A stretch of DNA of 61,131 nucleotides, the filler included, from Nitrospiraceae bacterium (lineage in GTDB: Bacteria; Nitrospirota; Nitrospiria; Nitrospirales; Nitrospiraceae): the NCBI GenBank assembly GCA_037442105.1. It is 4 parts of 4 records of this genome, joined end to end, with 100 filler letters (N's around TTAATTAATTAA, not from the genome) between each part and the next. Parts side by side here need not be neighbours in the genome. Positions count along the whole stretch, not along the records: positions 57,564 to 61,131 come from JBBIQV010000060.1; 3 more parts are not named here. One strand, given 5' to 3'. Position numbers and translations under genes: made by a program. The notes under the pieces were generated by a model. It made no database searches, had not been told where the DNA came from, and saw only the letters and a program-made list of their open reading frames with translations. Positions within the stretch are counted from its first letter, which is position 1; every line of letters begins with the position of its first letter. Of this stretch, positions 60,232 to 61,131 are shown one piece after another.

Positions 60232-61131
60232 TTAGATCGGTGCACTGTCGATCATTGCCATGAGTCTTGACAGGTCGACATGCGATTCCACGAAGTCGGC
60301 CCAGCGATCGAGCCGCTGGTCAAGAGTTGGATGGTCAGAAGGAGGGAGAGGAGACCAGCCCCGCCGGTTTCGCATCTCATTGAGCAGATGCCGGCGAAAG
60401 ACCGGTTCATCGAAGAGCCCGTGGACATAGGTGCCGCAAATGCGGCCATCGGCGGTCATCGCTCCTTCCGGATGGAGCAAGGACTCGCGCGCCGCCTTGA
60501 CTTCCAAGAACGGCTGAACTCCCTTGCCGGGGGTCGTCCGCCCCATGTGAACTTCATAGCCCTCGATCCGCGAACCGGAACACCGATGGCGCCCTGAGAC
60601 CTGCACCGTGACTTTGTGCGGATGAAACGTCGTCGTGACATCCAACAAGCCCAACCCTTCCTCATTGTTCACCTCGGATTCGACTCCGTCCGGATCACCA
60701 ATCCGCTGCCCCAGGATTTGGTATCCTCCGCAGATGCCCATGATGGTGCCACCCCGATCTAATACCCGTTGAGCCAGGCGATCGATCCGGCGTTCACGAA
60801 CCAAGCGCAAGGCCTGGATCGTGTGCTTCGAGCCGGGGAAAACTAAAAGATCCGGGACGAGCGAATCCTCATTGGAGATGCGGTACAAGGCGACATCCGG
60901 CTCGGAAGCCAGCGCGTCGAAGTCCGTGAAGTTCGACAGGCAGGGCACATCCACCACGCCGACCGTGAGGAGATCGTCGTGAGTGGTGTTCCAGTTCGGT
61001 TGGTTCCAGACGATCGCATCCTCTTCGGGCAGGTCGATCTCCCGCGAGAACGGGACAATCCCAAGACAAGGCCGCCGAATCCTGTCCTCGACGATCTTGA
61101 TCCCCGGCTTGAGAAGTTCCTGCGCGCCACG
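60232..61131 (-). CDS. cobQ: Cobyric acid synthase, C-terminal part
   Basis: SNFTDFD.L, PGSK.T, GICGGYQ, GYEVH, GTYVHGLF; frame open to window end. Confidence 0.95.
   Translation of the reverse strand, partial: RGAQELLKPGIKIVEDRIRRPCLGIVPFSREIDLPEEDAIVWNQPNWNTTHDDLLTVGVVDVPCLSNFTDFDALASEPDVALYRISNEDSLVPDLLVFPGSKHTIQALRLVRERRIDRLAQRVLDRGGTIMGICGGYQILGQRIGDPDGVESEVNNEEGLGLLDVTTTFHPHKVTVQVSGRHRCSGSRIEGYEVHMGRTTPGKGVQPFLEVKAARESLLHPEGAMTADGRICGTYVHGLFDEPVFRRHLLNEMRNRRGWSPLPPSDHPTLDQRLDRWADFVESHVDLSRLMAMIDSAPI

Overview
High-GC bacterial draft-assembly window, most consistent with a Nitrospira-like organism (inferred from gene content and protein style, not searched). It is at least four unlinked contigs joined by artificial N/TTAATTAATTAA linkers (about 19842-19941, 38826-38925, 57464-57563), plus a 100-N scaffold gap (8964-9063). 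Segment 1 holds a sigma54 regulatory cluster upstream of a large multicopper oxidase that the ORF track missed. After the gap come an XRE-type LexA/ImuB/DnaE2 mutagenesis cassette and two tandem integrase-less elements at tRNA-Lys(UUU), which share conserved att arms and carry toxin-antitoxin and primase-helicase cargo. Segment 2 holds a 2.5-kb island bounded by a 93-bp duplication of the phoB promoter and 5' end, then phoBR, pit, fabH, bamD, cytochrome c maturation system II, metK, ahcY and a NotI-like fragment. Segment 3 holds a GAF/PAS sigma54 activator with a complete UAS-IHF-sigma54 promoter in front of STAS/ECF sigma/anti-sigma, alternative oxidase, dehydrogenase and molybdoenzyme genes. 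Segment 4 holds an integron cassette array (3 attC sites, no intI visible) next to cobQ. The most notable unexplained signals are the tRNA-Lys tandem cassettes with an extra copy of the att core, a new operator palindrome for the XRE-LexA, a covarying bulged-hairpin repeat family (3 copies), and a 3-way-junction leader RNA upstream of the multicopper oxidase.
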